64,000 bases of DNA from Octopus bimaculoides (GCF_001194135.2 NC_068983.1:28374249-28438248), one strand, 5' to 3'. Shown: positions 49,056 through 63,275, counted from the first letter of the stretch. The notes: generated by a model not told the origin, from the sequence alone. Program-made: numbers and translations.

Positions 49056-50864
49056 CTTTTACATATCTTATGAAACTAGTGGGATTGCAAGCAGGAAGCT
49101 TTTTTCAGACAACAGAATGCACTCTGATAAAAACACCAAATAACCAGAAGGATGCTAAATTTGAGAATAAGTATACTCTCTCCGCTGGTCTTTCTCACAA
49201 ATTTTTTTTTAGAAAATTTCATGCCTAAGTCTTTCGTCAGTTACTTAGATTAGAAATAGGAACAACATAGGTTTCTATCAATTTAGATAGCTTCTTCATG
49301 TTAAAAGGCTATTAATCTTATAATGATTTCAATTATTTACTTCCAAAGTAGTTTGCTAGGAAACAGAATGACAATCAATTATAAAATTGAAGCTAATAAA
49401 TACATTTTCTTTTATTAAATAGATATCAGCTTAAACAATTATAGACAACTAGCAGACTCAAAGGAACTTCCTTGCCACATGTAGCTTGTTCAGAAAGACA
49501 CATAAAAAAAACAAACACATGTGAAATGCCTAAAGAGCTAGAGAACTTAATAGCTTATAACAGAAAATGTATCAATTAAATGTGTGATACATAGTGATGT
49601 GTATTGATTCAGTAGTTAGAAAAACACTCTTTAAAATGGCTAATTGGATAGCAAACAGAAAAATACAATAGTAAATCAATTATAAGACACATTCTGTTTT
49701 CAAATTTATCTAACAAGCTTATAAGAAGCTGGTTCTAAGTTATCGTTTTATATAAAATCTGATATTTCACTTGTGTTTCATGTTTCACAATAAGCTCATT
49801 AGTATGGTTTTTCTTTTTCTAAATAAAATATGACAAAAAGAATGAATAATTTTTTTATGCTAATTTCTAATGTGAGCAAATTAAATTTTTTTTAGCAGTT
49901 TGGCAAAAGCAAACAATGAAATAAGAACCAGGCTTTAAAAAAACACAAAAAAGTACTAGGGTCAATTAATTTGACTAAAAATTCTTCAAGACCCCAGCAA
50001 GGCCACAGTCTAATGATTGAAACAAGTAAAATATAATAACTTGATATGAAGCACATTTCGAATTTAATTGGAATTTCTATAAGCTTATTGCACGTCTCTT
50101 TTAGTTTCATGAATGAGTGTTCAATTGTTTGGTAAACTGAATTTCTATATATGAAATTTATGTGTACGTGGTTGAGTATTCCATAGACACATGTAATTTT
50201 CAGACAGAATCAGTGAGATAAAATGTGTGAATATGAGAGAGAAGAGAGAGAGATGCAGACAGAGAAAAAGAGAGAATGTGTGAGTGAAGGAAGAGTACTG
50301 GACTAGTAATTTGTTCATTGACTCCATAAGAATGAGAGGGAAAGCTGACTTTGGCAGGATTTGAACTCAGAGTGCAGAGAGCCTGAACAAGTATGACAAG
50401 GCATTCAAGCTGATGTTCTTACAAGTGCCAAACCACCACCTTATTACAAAAGTATACTTTAAATGAATGAATACAGCTATTGACACAAAAATACATGAGC
50501 ATCAAGATCTCTTTTCATAATTTTAACATTAGGTACAAGGCCATAGTTTCTGGAGAGGATATAAATGATTAAATCTCCTCCAGTACATCATCTTTTCCAC
50601 TGACAAAAGTTATAATCCAAATAAATATTTCTACTTTATGAGATACCAATTATATCCAATCAACATTTCACATAACATATTATTCAATGTCATTGATTTT
50701 TCAATGTTAAATATTTTTTTGGTGGAGTTTGGAACATGCACGACTTGTAACTTTTTCAAAATCTTACAGTTTTAAAGAAAACAATGATCATCAGATGTTT
50801 ATGTTTTGAACTTCAGATTCAAGATCTGAAAAATTTTTCAAGCAAGTATGAAGCCAAATAATTT

Positions 50865-51065
50865 TTTCTACTATAGGCAGAAAGCCTGAAATTTTTTTGG
50901 TGGGAATTGTCAATTACATCGACTCTAGTCAACCAATACTTAATTTATCGACTCCAAAAGGATAAAGGGCAAAGCTGACCTCAGGGAAATTTGAACTCAG
51001 AATGTAATGATGGATGAAATGCTGTTAAGTATTTTGTCTGTCCTGCTAACATTTCTGCCTGCTTG
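50865..51065 (-). mobile_element. SINE family B
   Basis: ttttctactataggcagaaagcctgaaa..aaagctgacctcagggaaatttgaactcagaatg. Confidence 0.8.
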
Positions 51066-51129
51066 TTGTCTTTATGAAATCAAATATGAATATTGTATAG
51101 CTTCTCTATGCAATACATCAACTTCCTAC

Positions 51130-51490
51130 GACCACTACATGTTACTGGTTGGTCCTTATTTTTAATACATATCTTTATACATGCCCAGAAAGCTTCAATA
51201 TTATGGTGCATACACCAGGGATAGGGTCCACAATGCAATGGATTGGTCAAATTATTTCATATTGGCCAATCATTGGTACAAAAGGATGATCCAAGTGTAA
51301 TGTTATCAATAATCACAGCTGTCAAGATTTCTGCAGTGTGAATACGATTTTTGTGCTTAAACATTAAACTTTCATCAATTCAAATTTCAGGCTAGGACCA
51401 CTGAGCTGCACTCTGTCTCAACATTTCTGTGGAAGAGATTCCATGACAGCATTCATGCCTCTCAGTTACTGTTGCAGAACCAGTCTATTC
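51130..51490 (-). mobile_element. Merlin (IS1016/ISXO2-like) transposase fragment, degraded
   Basis: Across frameshifts: IDWFC, GP..(E)IDESLMFKHKNR, AEILTAVIIDNITLGSSFCTNDW, VDPIPGVCTNNIEAFWACIK. These match ISXO2 motifs VEIDES, IxxGSxIxTDxW and DPxTGxHTNxIExxW. Confidence 0.7.
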
Positions 51491-52907
51491 AGTCAAATAG
51501 AATGTGTCACAGAGACTTCACGTTTAAAGTCAAAAACTATTTGAAATGCAACACTGTCAATTTCGATTTCTTTCTAGAAATGTGTAACACACAAAAGCTG
51601 CTTTCATACATTTTCACTATCTCAAGTAAAAAAAAAAAAAAATCACCATTGAGATATCTGAAATTGTTGCACTGACAAGCTATGATGCTATGAGCACACA
51701 CACACACATGGCTTGTCATTGGTAATAATGTGTTTCACTTGTAAAAACTGCAAAGCAGCATTAGGTGCTAAATTGTTCAATATTTCTATTTGTGGAGTAA
51801 CCATTTAGAATAGTCACAAAACAAGTAGCAGTAAAAAAGGTTTTGGAAAAGTCTCTGAAAAAGCCTCTGAATACTTGTCCTTCTTCAAAAAGAAAGTATA
51901 TTACAGCCTTATTTCCTAGGTCAGTGTTATTTAAAGTGGGTACTGGAGAAGCTCTGGATCTCATGAGAAAATTCTAGGGTTTTGTGAGATGAGGTGTTTT
52001 TGTTTTTAAAAAATTCCATAAAAGAAATGACATTCATGACTTTTGAAAATATTAAATTATCATTTGATTTTTATAAAAAAAAAGTAATAAGTCTATATTT
52101 TGAAAACGATAAATAAATTTTATAGATAAAAATCATCATTGTTTCATTTCCTGGCATTTTAAATTTAAGGTGGTGGGGACTGTTTGTAAGATATAGATAT
52201 AATGCCCATCATCATCATCATCATCATTATTTTAACATCCATTTTTCCATGCTTGTATAGGTCAGATTCAATGGCCAAATGCCCTTTCTGTCGCCAACTC
52301 TCATGCCTAGAGATATTTTCATGGAAGGTTTGATGTGAAGGATACCACTTGTATGATGGTGAGACTTGTTAACACTTGTCAAGAAGAGGAAACACTGACA
52401 CATACACACACTTATATGTGTGTGTGTATCTGTCTGTCTGTCTGTCTATGTTAAATGGGCTTCTTTCAGTTTCTCTTCACTAAATCTACTTGCATGGCTT
52501 TGATCATCCTGAGGTTATAAGAGAAAAAAAAACTTTCTCAAAGTGCCACAAAGTGGAAGTGAACACAGAACCACATGGTTGGAAAGCAAGTTTCTTAACC
52601 CCACAGTTATGCATGGAAAATCATACAAGCATTCTACAATAAAATTGATTAAGGGACCACTGATCTAGATCATAGTGAAACTAAGAAAATGAAATGAGTA
52701 CAAAAATACTAAAACTTAAACTATTCACTTTATTTCCACAATAGAAAGTGGAAAACTACTCAATTGATTCTGTCCTTATCAAATACATGACCATTATCTT
52801 GCTCAAGTATTTTGCTCCGGAAAATTCACAGAAAATATTTTCAGCAAAAGGTATTTTACTAAAGCCTTCACTACTGAATTCACATGATTAGTTTAGAGTT
52901 GACAGAA

Positions 52908-53320
52908 TCATTAGCTGGCAGAAACGTTAGCATGCCAGGCGAAATTCTAAGTGGTATTTCGTCTGCCGTTACGTTCTGAGTTCAAATTCCGCCGAGGTCA
53001 ACTTTGCCTTTCATCCTTTCGGGGTCGATAAATTAAGTACCAGTTACGAACTAGAGTCGATGTAATTGACTTAATTCCTTTGTCTGTACTTGTTTAGCCC
53101 CTTGTAGGCAATAAAGAAATAAGAATCATTAGCACGCTGGGCAAAATGTTCAGTGGTATGTCATCCGTCTTTATGTTCTGAGTTCAGATTCCACCAAGGT
53201 CAACTTTGCCTTTCGTCCTTTAGGAGCCAGTAAGATAAGTACCAGTTGTTCACTGGGGTTGATGTAATCAACTTGCCCACTTTCCCAAACTTGCTAGCCA
53301 TGGGCTAAAATTTGAAACAA
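52908..53320 (+). mobile_element. Two tandem SINE family B copies
   Basis: A young copy 52908-53125 (CpG-retaining ttctgagttcaaattccgccgagg) is followed directly by a second head-truncated copy. Confidence 0.85.
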
Positions 53321-54523
53321 TTATTCTAAGTATTTGAATTCAATATATTGCTTGAAATTTTTTTTTTTTTTTGTCTAAAAGATTTTATGAATAAAGAAAT
53401 CAAAAACTTCAAAAGCATTTATATTCATAAATTTTTTCAACTCAAAACAAATCTTGTAATATAAAAATTCAAAGATGGTTGTGGGCTGCATGATCTCAAA
53501 TTCTGCCCATTCTCTCTAATCTATTCACAGTGCATAATACTGATCAAACTTGAATTTTGCCATGAATTCTTTCTGTAGGGCTTCAGATAATTTAGAGGCA
53601 CAAGACCTCTAATCCTCCTTAACAGAATTAATATGACTAAAACATCTCCAAAGTTATCACTGAATTACCAACGAATAGATTTACTCCACTACTGCAATGT
53701 AACTGACCACCCCACATCCCTAAAATTGCTGGTCTCGTGCCTAAATTTGAAACCAATATTAATTTATTTTGTAGACTTGTCTCTGCTGCTTTTTGAACTG
53801 GAATTCCTCATTAAGACAATGCAAGTTTTTTTTAATCTTCTTACTACAAGTATAATTTTTAATAAATTAAAATTTTCTTACTCCCAACATTATGTTATTA
53901 TTGAATTAACTATTTATTGGTTCATTGCAAAATATTGTTTTAGTTTTGATTTTTTTGATTTTTGCAAAAATTATATTATTAGCTTGAATAATGACCTGAA
54001 ATAATTGGATTTGTTTCTCATTTATCTTGTCATAGAAACCCTTTCTTTTAGTGCAATCTTAACAACAACAAAAATATGGTGTTAAAGAAACATCTCTCCA
54101 GCCTGACAATGAAAAATATAATACAATTCTCAAGAGAGAAGCAACGTCTCAGTAGAAAACCATAGCGATAGTAAATTAAGGCTATACTTATTGCGAGTGC
54201 CAATAAAATAAAGAAATGAATAATAATGTTCAAAATAACTGTTCTTCAATTATTTTAAGAGAATCTTCTGTTTGTAAATCATACTTTATTTTGTTATAAT
54301 TAAGAGACACAGATCTGTGCAAATGTAGTCTTTTCTAAAGGGAGTTGAGTTACTGCATTCAACTGTTTGAGTCACAACCATAATCTTAAATGTTAGAAAA
54401 TATGAATTATTTCAATTTCGAAATTATTTTAATTATTTAAATAAAATTTAATCATTAGGTGACATGAAAATTGTTTATTTATTCTTTCAATAGAACATTT
54501 TAGCCTTTTTGACTACATACATG

Positions 54524-54911
54524 AAGGATTACCAATAAGAAATAGCAGCTTGAAACAAATGTCTACACCCAAAAATATATTGGAAAATAGCTGGTGGAAG
54601 TTTTGTAGCTGAATTTGAAATCATTGGCAACAATAAGACATTTTCACAAGACAGAATTGTCCTGGAAACTGCTATTGTTCTCTAAGTAAATATTGCAGCT
54701 GTGATTTCACAAGAATTCATTTAAAACTATTGACAAGGGTCACAGTGTGTATTTATGAATAGATGCCCATTTTACTAAATACACAAAGGATTACCCATAA
54801 GAAATAGCAGTTTGAAACGATTGTCTATAGAAGAAAATATTGGAAAATGGTTCATGGAATTGTTTGTAGCCAAAATTAAACTTACTGGCTATGATTAATC
54901 ATTTTCACAAG
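54524..54911. repeat. Diverged ~127-bp direct repeat, period ~262 bp
   Basis: aaggattacc(a/c)ataagaaatagcag(c/t)ttgaaac...attggaaaat...cattttcacaag at 54524-54650 and 54786-54911. Confidence 0.75.
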
Positions 54912-56160
54912 GTTTCCCACAGAAATAACTTTATTTACTGTTTAAAAGGATTTTTTAATTCGTTAGCTCTGTTGTTGCCAACCCAACAGAGGCTGCCCTT
55001 CATTCTATGACACCAAACATATGTTTTAAAATTATCTCAGTTAAAACCTTCCATCAAAACTTCATGTGAGTTCATGTTGCAAAGATCAAAATTATTTTAC
55101 TAAATACTTTATTATTTTCATAATTAATTGAAATCATGGTGGTGTATTTCAACAGAAATATGGTAACAAAAAGGTTAAGTCACATGTCTTAAATTTTAAT
55201 TCTTTATATCACAGCTCCCAAAATGACCGGAAATCATCTTATGCACAGTCCTAGAACTAAAGAAGCAAACATCCCATCTCCAAACAATGGCACGCAGTAG
55301 CACCACACCATTATTGTTTGATGGGAAATAAACAATAGCTTCAGTGGAAAGTTTACAAGGGAAAAAGGTGAATGAGAAACAAAACAAAAAGAAAACTCAA
55401 CACAAAACAACTATAACAGGAGTGAAGGAACAACTTCTACAAAGCAACAGTCACATCACTCTTGAGAATGATATGGAAGAAGATGAACAACTGAAGTTAC
55501 TCTCCTTGAACAATGAATTCACATATTTGAGGTGCTGGGGTCATTCCAATGAAGTAAAACTAAGAAAGGCACAGTTAACTTTAGAATACAAGAGGTATAT
55601 AAAAGAAAACTTGTTAGCCAAGACAAAACAATGACACTAGAATCAACTAAAAATAACTCTAATCTGCAGACATGGGTGTTTAATTACCCTAACTGACTCC
55701 AAAATTTTTCATGGGTGCTTTTGGATGCACAAAACTACATTGTAAGCAATGACACTTGAGTAGGAACATGAAGTACTGCAACTCAACAGAGCTGGTAATT
55801 GTGTCATAACTGTTTAAATTATTGTGTTTTTTTCATACTTTTTCTAATTTATTTTCATTTAAATAGTTGCACCTTAAACATTTTCTTCATCCATATATAT
55901 GTGTTCACACACAAACACATAATTGTCCCACTACATATGCTTCGTGGCATTTCCTTTGGCTCTTTGTGTTCAAATTTCACTGAGATCAACTTTGTATTTC
56001 TTCCTTCTAAGATTTATAATATAAGTACCAGTCAAATATTGTAATCAATGTAATTAACTTGCGCCCTCCCCTCAAAATTGCTGACCTTGTGTAATTGACT
56101 AGTCCCTCTCCCTCAAAATTTAGGACTTGTGCCTATAGTAGAAAAGATTATTATCATTAT

Positions 56161-56544
56161 TTTATGTTTGACTTCTGTTTTTCATTTGTACAAGTTGGAT
56201 CCAAGTCTCACCCAGAGACCTCAAGAGACAACAAGTTAGAAGTTCATGTAGGTGTTATGCCTAGGGTACCATATATTTGGATTTGTACATAGTGTTGTTC
56301 TAGAGAATGTTTAAGAAACCATAAGATAATAATGTGTTTGTATTAAAATTTGAGATCACATAGACAATATTTTACGTAGGATATGGGCAGTTCACATGAA
56401 CACTATCTTTTGAACTTCAGCCATTTTGGGGTTTCCTGGTATCTGAGCTAAGTAGTAATCAGCCGTTTCGCTGTCATTCCCAGGACACCTATGACAATAG
56501 GTATTGTTTTAGTCTTCAGGTTCCACATTTTGCTAATTTCTATT
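56161..56544 (-). mobile_element. 5'-truncated R4/Dong-clade copy (RLE C-terminus plus 3' UTR)
   Basis: Minus translation EISKMWNLKTKTIPIVIGVLGM..YYLAQIPGNPKMAEVQKIVFM*TAHILRKILSM*. (ATT)n at 56545-56623; short att repeats at 56147-56160. Confidence 0.85.
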
Positions 56545-56571
56545 TATTATTATTATTATTATTGTTATTAA

Positions 56572-56625
<54 letters not shown>

Positions 56626-56626
56626 A

Positions 56627-57134
56627 AAGGGGTAACGTGTTTGCAGAATCATTAGCACATTGAACAAAATGCTTAACATTTCTTCCAGTTCTTTACATCT
56701 TGAGTTCAAATTTTGCCAAGGTCAATTTTGATTTTCATCGTTTCAGGGTCGATAAAATAAATACCAGTTAAGGACTGGGGTCGATGTAATAAACATCCTC
56801 TTCCCTTAAAATTGCTGGCCTTAGACCCTGATCACTGAAGTTGGAGCCTAGTTAGTACTTATATGGGTGACCTCTTGCAAAATCTAGGTGTTGTAAGCTT
56901 CTTGTTAAGGCGGTGAGCTGGTAGAGTCACTGACACACCAGGCGAAATGCTTAGCAGCATTTTTTTGTATGTCTCTATGCTCTGAGTTCAAATTCCACCA
57001 AGGTCAACTTTTGCTTTTTCATCCTTTCAGGATCAATAAATTAAGTACCACTTGAGTACTGGTGGGGGTGTCAATGTAATTGACAAGTCTCCTCCCCCAA
57101 AATTTCGGGCCTTGTGCCTTCATTAGAAAAGCTG

Positions 57135-57190
<56 letters not shown>
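56627..57190 (+). mobile_element. Two SINE family B copies (56627-56820, 56905-57140), the second ending in an (ATT)n tail
   Basis: Both have gcagaatcattagc/gagtcactgac heads, gagttcaaatt B box and the gtaccagtt..ctgggg core. Confidence 0.82.
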
Positions 57191-57191
<1 letters not shown>

Positions 57192-57752
57192 ATAGTTTCA
57201 TAAGGAATAGTCGAAAAAACTGAGCTCAATGCTGTCCAAACCACTTTGCTACTAGTCCCTCTCCAACGACATGTTCAGCAGTTCGCAAAACACATTTCCA
57301 AACTAATAAGAATCTCTATCAAGATCATTATTAAGATGGGAAATGTTTTCCAGCAGAACCCCTCCAATGCCATAGTGAGAGATCTGCATTAAGGAGGCAA
57401 TTAGTTGTAAGAGTTTCGACGGCAAATCATGATGGAAGCCTGGTAAATTAAACTGTCAGATCAGATTGTCAAATTGAAACCATGTCTATAGCACAACCAT
57501 TTATTATTTATGAAATAAAGAAATTCCCAGAAGGAGAGAGTTTCCAGCTGTTGTAGAATCCCTGGCTATTGACTTTAGAACTACACTTTTCAAGAACTTT
57601 ATTGTTACTGCCAGTATGATAGTTTTACCTTATTAAAAGAATTCATATAATATTGTTCATCAGAATTACAAAAAAGATTAGAATATCATACTTAATTTCA
57701 AATCATAGAGATAGAAAATAATAGGAAAAGAGAAGCAAAAATGGAACGTATT

Positions 57753-57875
<123 letters not shown>

Positions 57876-58491
57876 TGGAGAGGCAGCTGGTAGTGAAGGG
57901 TAACCAAAATTTTGAACAAAGTGGCATCAAACTACTTTTATTGGCATGAAGAAACTAAAATTTGTTAAATTTTCACTGCTTGAACATCCAACCAGCAAGC
58001 AAATGTCAACATAAGAAAATTGGTAAAATGCCAGACATTTGAAACAGAATGCCAGCTATAATTATAAGTTATTGATGGCCGGGTAGAAAGGAAGCATTCT
58101 TTTTAAAAGTAGAGGTTTTACTATTGTCATAATACACACAATGCTATAATAGTGGAATGAAGAGACAGGTTACAATTTCAAGCCACAAAAGATTTATAGT
58201 GTATATTTCTATTAGCATTTATCCAATGGGTTGTGCAATAGTTTTACTTGAAATATGTGGAAGACATTACAGATGAATTGGCATAAATTCAATAGATTCG
58301 CATAAATATACTGACTGAATGACCACTGTATATACAATCAAACATGGCATCAATGTTCAGTGTATATGCAATCAATGCACTTAGCATCAGTGACCAGTCT
58401 ATATAGAATTACAACATTGATAGCATGTAGGATTAAAGCACTGACATCAAGTGTATATATGTATATATGTGAGTATTTATGCAAGTGCATT

Positions 58492-58523
<32 letters not shown>

Positions 58524-58706
58524 ACACATAGTCACTTATAAATATATATACATACACACACACAGATATAGAAATATATATATACATATTTACATATATA
58601 TATATATGTATATGTGTATGTATGATACCCATACTCGCATATAAATATATATACATAGACACACACAGATATAGAAATATATGTATACATATATACATAC
58701 ATGCAT

Positions 58707-58738
<32 letters not shown>

Positions 58739-58742
58739 GTTA

Positions 58743-58774
<32 letters not shown>

Positions 58775-58806
58775 ACATATATGCCAGCATGGGAAATGGA
58801 GGTTAC

Positions 58807-58854
<48 letters not shown>

Positions 58855-59136
58855 GTGGTGGTGATGATGATGATGATGATATATACACACATACGTGTGG
58901 GTGTGTATTATGGAGATGTACTGTCATAACAAGTTTTCCATCTAAGAAATTGCTGCATGGAAGATATCACTTGACCATTCAGAAATGCACAAAGATTGTT
59001 AACTTCACTTAAATGTTCATTTGTAATATGACGTCAGAAGTTTTATCCAAAACACAATTTTTTTGTCAGTGAACAGGTCACAGTTTTGAGCAATGAAAAT
59101 GTTGACACCATATAACAAATGAACGTTCAAGTGAAA

Positions 59137-59538
59137 TAAAGAATCTTTCTAGGTCTCTGAATGGTTAGCATATGCCTTCCGTGCTGCAATCACTCTATGT
59201 ATATATGCACACACACACACATACACACATATGTTGGCATAAGGTGGACAGATCATCATAGTCAAGAAATTTATTACTAGGAGTCACTGCTTTCATAGAC
59301 TGGGGTTCATATGAATCTTTGGTTTGGTTTCTTTGGCTTGAAGTAAAGAATCTTTCTAGGTTTCTGAATGGTTAACATATGCTTTCCATGCTGCAATTGC
59401 TTTATGTATATATGCACACACACACACACACATATATGGTGGTATGAGGTGGACAGGTCATCATAGTCAAGTAATTTATTACTAGGAGTCACTGCTTCCA
59501 TAGATTGGAGTTCATATGTATCTTTGGCTTGGTTTCTA
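59137..59538. repeat. Local tandem duplication, unit 207 bp
   Basis: taaagaatctttctagg starts at 59137 and 59344; the units are collinear including an internal (CA)n tract. Confidence 0.9.
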
Positions 59539-59974
59539 CATCTGGATGCCCTTCCTGTCACCTTTCATTTTACAGAGTGTATTGGGAGCGTAATCTTCTG
59601 TCTCAAGCATCAGAAATGTTAAATAATCTTTGGTGAGGCAGCTCTATTCAACAACCCTATGCCTTCTCTGCTCATTTGCCAACCACTTTACAGTGTGTAG
59701 TGGGTGCATTTTTTTTTTAGGGTACAGCACTACAAAGATTATTCCACTCACCAATTATTCTAGAGGATGCATGTCAAGGAATAGTTTCATCATAGCACCA
59801 GCATAGGAGAGAGTTCTGTCTTGCAACCAAATAAAGGTAGAGAGAGAGTACCCAGTAACATAAAAATATGTAGACTGAGGAGCAAATTAAGAGAGGAGGA
59901 GATGGGGCAGGGAGAGGGGAGGGGAAGAGAGTGGGAGATAGGGGAAGAGATTCAGAAAAAAAACATTCTATTGT

Positions 59975-60336
59975 TCATAGGCAAGGATGTGTGACCCTTA
60001 AGAAGCCCTGATTTCAACCCATTGGATCTTTCTGTTTGATCCATTTTGAAGACAAAGGTCTTGAGCACTCCTCCTGCTACGCTTGATGCTCTGAAGGCAA
60101 CACTGTGCCAGGAATGGGCTCTATCTCACAAGAAAAGCTGCGTGCCATGTGTGAAGCATTCACACTTAGACTTAAGGCTGAGACTCAAAACAGACATCAT
60201 CATGTCAAATAAATGTGGTAGCATCATAATTTTGCTTCCTTTACCATTGCATTGCAATGCTCAGACCCAAAATATAACAATATTTTACAATGGCAAAATT
60301 GAAAAAAGTTGGTTGGCTTAATTTTGGGACATCCTG
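59975..60336 (+). mobile_element. Tc1/mariner (maT/DD37D-like) 3' end with right TIR and TA
   Basis: FIGKDV*PLRSPDFNPLDLSV*SILKTKV..LDALKATLCQEW(fs)ISQEKLRAMCEAFTLRLKA matches WPPxSPDLNPLD. It ends aattttgggacatcctg|TA (reverse CAGGATGTCCCAAAATT). Confidence 0.85.
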
Positions 60337-60589
60337 TATACATAGGAAGAGTAAGAAGTGAGGGAACCAGAAAGATGAAATAAGAGATGGCAAGTTATGA
60401 GTAGCAGAGTGATGCATGAAAGGAAAATGTTGGGCAAGAGCTGGTGGAGGTTGACAATAACATAAGGTGAGGGTTAGCATATGTAGTCTTGGCAAGATAC
60501 AAAATAACTTGGTCTAACCATTATTTTCCGGTCAGACTACGTTCTGCTGTGAGGAATCAGGCCTTTTGCACACCATGTATCACCGAGTA

Positions 60590-60790
60590 GTATGGTGCTT
60601 TCTTATTTCCTCTGCGAGATCAGTCATTTTCTGTCAGTTCAACCTTCACCACATCATCCCAAGTCTTCCTCATTCTTTTTCTTCCACAAGTCCCCATAAC
60701 TTGGAGCAATCAACACTTCCTTAAGCATCATTAAGCATGTTCCTGTCAGTACCACTATTTCTCATTTCTACACTACTTGTCATTCCACTT
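60590..60790 (-). mobile_element. RTE-clade LINE C-terminal fragment
   Basis: Minus translation GTCGRKRMRKTWDDVVKVEL resembles RTE GxxxRGRPRKTWxxVVKxDL. Confidence 0.5.
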
Positions 60791-61729
60791 ATACCTAAGT
60801 CCATTGTATCGTATTGTAAATTTATGAAGAAAGACTTCATAACTTGATTCTTAACAGGAGAGCATGACACATCTATTGTTACAACAAGAAAAAAATGTGA
60901 ATATCCCTATACATTTTAAATGGACATCACTCTCCTTCAACACAACCGTCTTTACATCAGCAAATATGATCATAGATCAAAGCCCCTGTCAAGCAAACCT
61001 AATGAAATAATTGAAATATTTATATATTTATTTAACCTATCATTTTGTTCTATCTAATACTCCATATTCCCTATTTTTATCAAATATGGCATTAAAGGTC
61101 TTCATTTCTTTTGAAATGTGTCTTTATTTCCAATTAACATGGATTATATCAGAGAACAGAATATTCTTCAATGATTAATATATATCTGCCACTCTATAAA
61201 TATACCTTTATAACCCATATTCTGTCATAATTTTCTTACATTTTGGCATCTCTTATTTCAATTTTTCCCTTTGCTTCTAGTTTCTTCCACAATTTTATAT
61301 TTCATACATATACTCAGCATAAATCTTCCCTTTAATAATACATGTATTTACTTTCTCAATCTAACTTTATCTCATACTGTTTGTCCATTTCTATCAACTT
61401 CTTTTTTGATCTTAGCCTCACGGTTTATCACTTTTTCTCTTCAACATTTTCTGCTACCTTGGTTGATCATATAATTAATTACATTTTCATCCAGCTTAGA
61501 CATTTTACCTGGACTACACAAGTCTAACAAAAATTATACAACAGACACAACATTTGGGAAAAAGGTTTTATGTTTGAAATGCAAATTTATTTGACATAGG
61601 TCTCAGTGATAATGTTCAGAATTTCTTGATAGTGTACACAATCATTTCATATTTGTTTGATGTACAGTTATAGAATGAGACCCCTTAACTTATTTGCAAT
61701 ATCTATTCAGATTTAACATGTGGAAAAGC

Positions 61730-61930
61730 ATTAAGGCTAGTAGAATCGTTAACATGCCAGGTAAAATACATAGCAGCATTTCAACTGTTTTTACATTCTA
61801 AGCTCAAATTTCACTGGGGTCAACTTTGCCTTTCATCCTATTGGGGTCAATTCAAATAAGTATCAGTTGAAAATGTAATCAACTTATCTCTTCTCCTGAC
61901 TTAGCCCCTTGAGCCAAAATTTGAAACCAT
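61730..61930 (+). mobile_element. SINE family B
   Basis: aaggctagtagaatcgttaacatgccagg..ggggtcaactttgcctttcatcc. Confidence 0.78.
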
Positions 61931-62894
61931 TATATGGAATAACATTACATATGACTCCCAGTGATATGATATACCATGACTCCTCTCGAACCAAATAACA
62001 AGAATCACATTATCAACAATATGTTAATCAAAATTAGTATGCTAAGAGATAAAAAAATTTAAATGTTTATGATATACACATAAACAAAACAACAGTCAGT
62101 AAATTTTTTTAAAGACTGAACTAACCTCATGTCATCATATTACCAAAGATAAGAATCATATACCAGCACATTCTATTTAGTCAGTTTAAATCCAGAGGTT
62201 GTTTTCTCAGCCTTTTAGCCAAATTATTCATTAAGATACCACTCATTTCTCTTCACTATAGGTGTAATTTTAATTAATTAAATTACTAATTTAGTTAATT
62301 ACATTTTCATTAGTTTAATTAATTATATTACTTTTATTTATTAGGTTAATTCCCACTTTACCTGTTACAAACAGCTCACGTATTTTCACTTCTGAATAAT
62401 AGTAGAAAGTGCCAGCTGCATAATTTTATGGGAAAATAATATTTGTAAGAATTCTGCATACTTAAAATTCACTGCACTGTTGACACTAGTAAACTGTCTT
62501 CTACCAAATGAAGTGTAAAGCACAGCATTGTTCACATCGTGAATACACACCATTTCAAATAAAGGTTCTAATGTTTGGAACAGTGTAACCAAATTTTATG
62601 AGTCATAGATGGACTAGTTAGGAGCTGTTAAAGTCATGAATAAATACTGCAACAGGAAAAATGCAAAGTGATAAAAAGATATTTATTGCTTTCAGAACAG
62701 GAGTATATCAGATTTAAAATGAGAACATACAAGCATTGAAAAGAAGCTCTTAAGGGAATGCATATTCATAGAAAAGGAGTAAGAAAACATTCTTGTTATT
62801 TTCAGTCATTGGTCAGACTTAACGGAATAGACATTCTGGTTGTGGCTATTCTCTTTTTGCTTTTTTTTTTATATACATTAGAACGACATTAGAG

Positions 62895-63275
62895 CAGCAA
62901 GGTGGCAGAATCATTAACATGTTGGGCAAAATGCTTAGCAACACTTCATTCATCTATCCATTCTGAGTTCCTATTCTGTTAAGGTCAGGATCAATGAAAT
63001 GAGTACCAGTTGAGCACTGGGATTGATATAATCAACTTAACCCCTCCTCCAAAATTGCTGGCCCTGTGCCAAAAATTTGAGAAAGGCAGTGAACTGGCAG
63101 AACCATTACTACACTGGGCAAATGCTTAGCAGCATTTCATACATCTTTACTTTCTGAGTTCAAATTCTACTGGGGACAACATTGCCTTTCATCCCTCCAG
63201 GGTTGATAAAATCAGTACTAGTTGAGAACTGGGAGTCAATGTAACCAATTTACCCCATCCCCACAAGTTTTCTGG
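62895..63275 (+). mobile_element. Two tandem SINE family B copies
   Basis: Heads at ~62895 and ~63085, each with gcagaa(t/c)catta..aaatgcttagc..ttctgagttc. Confidence 0.8.

Noticed and set aside
55200-55634. HSSQNDR motif and a 96-aa ORF, possibly transposase-derived
   Set aside because: One short motif without supporting downstream DDD/E motifs.
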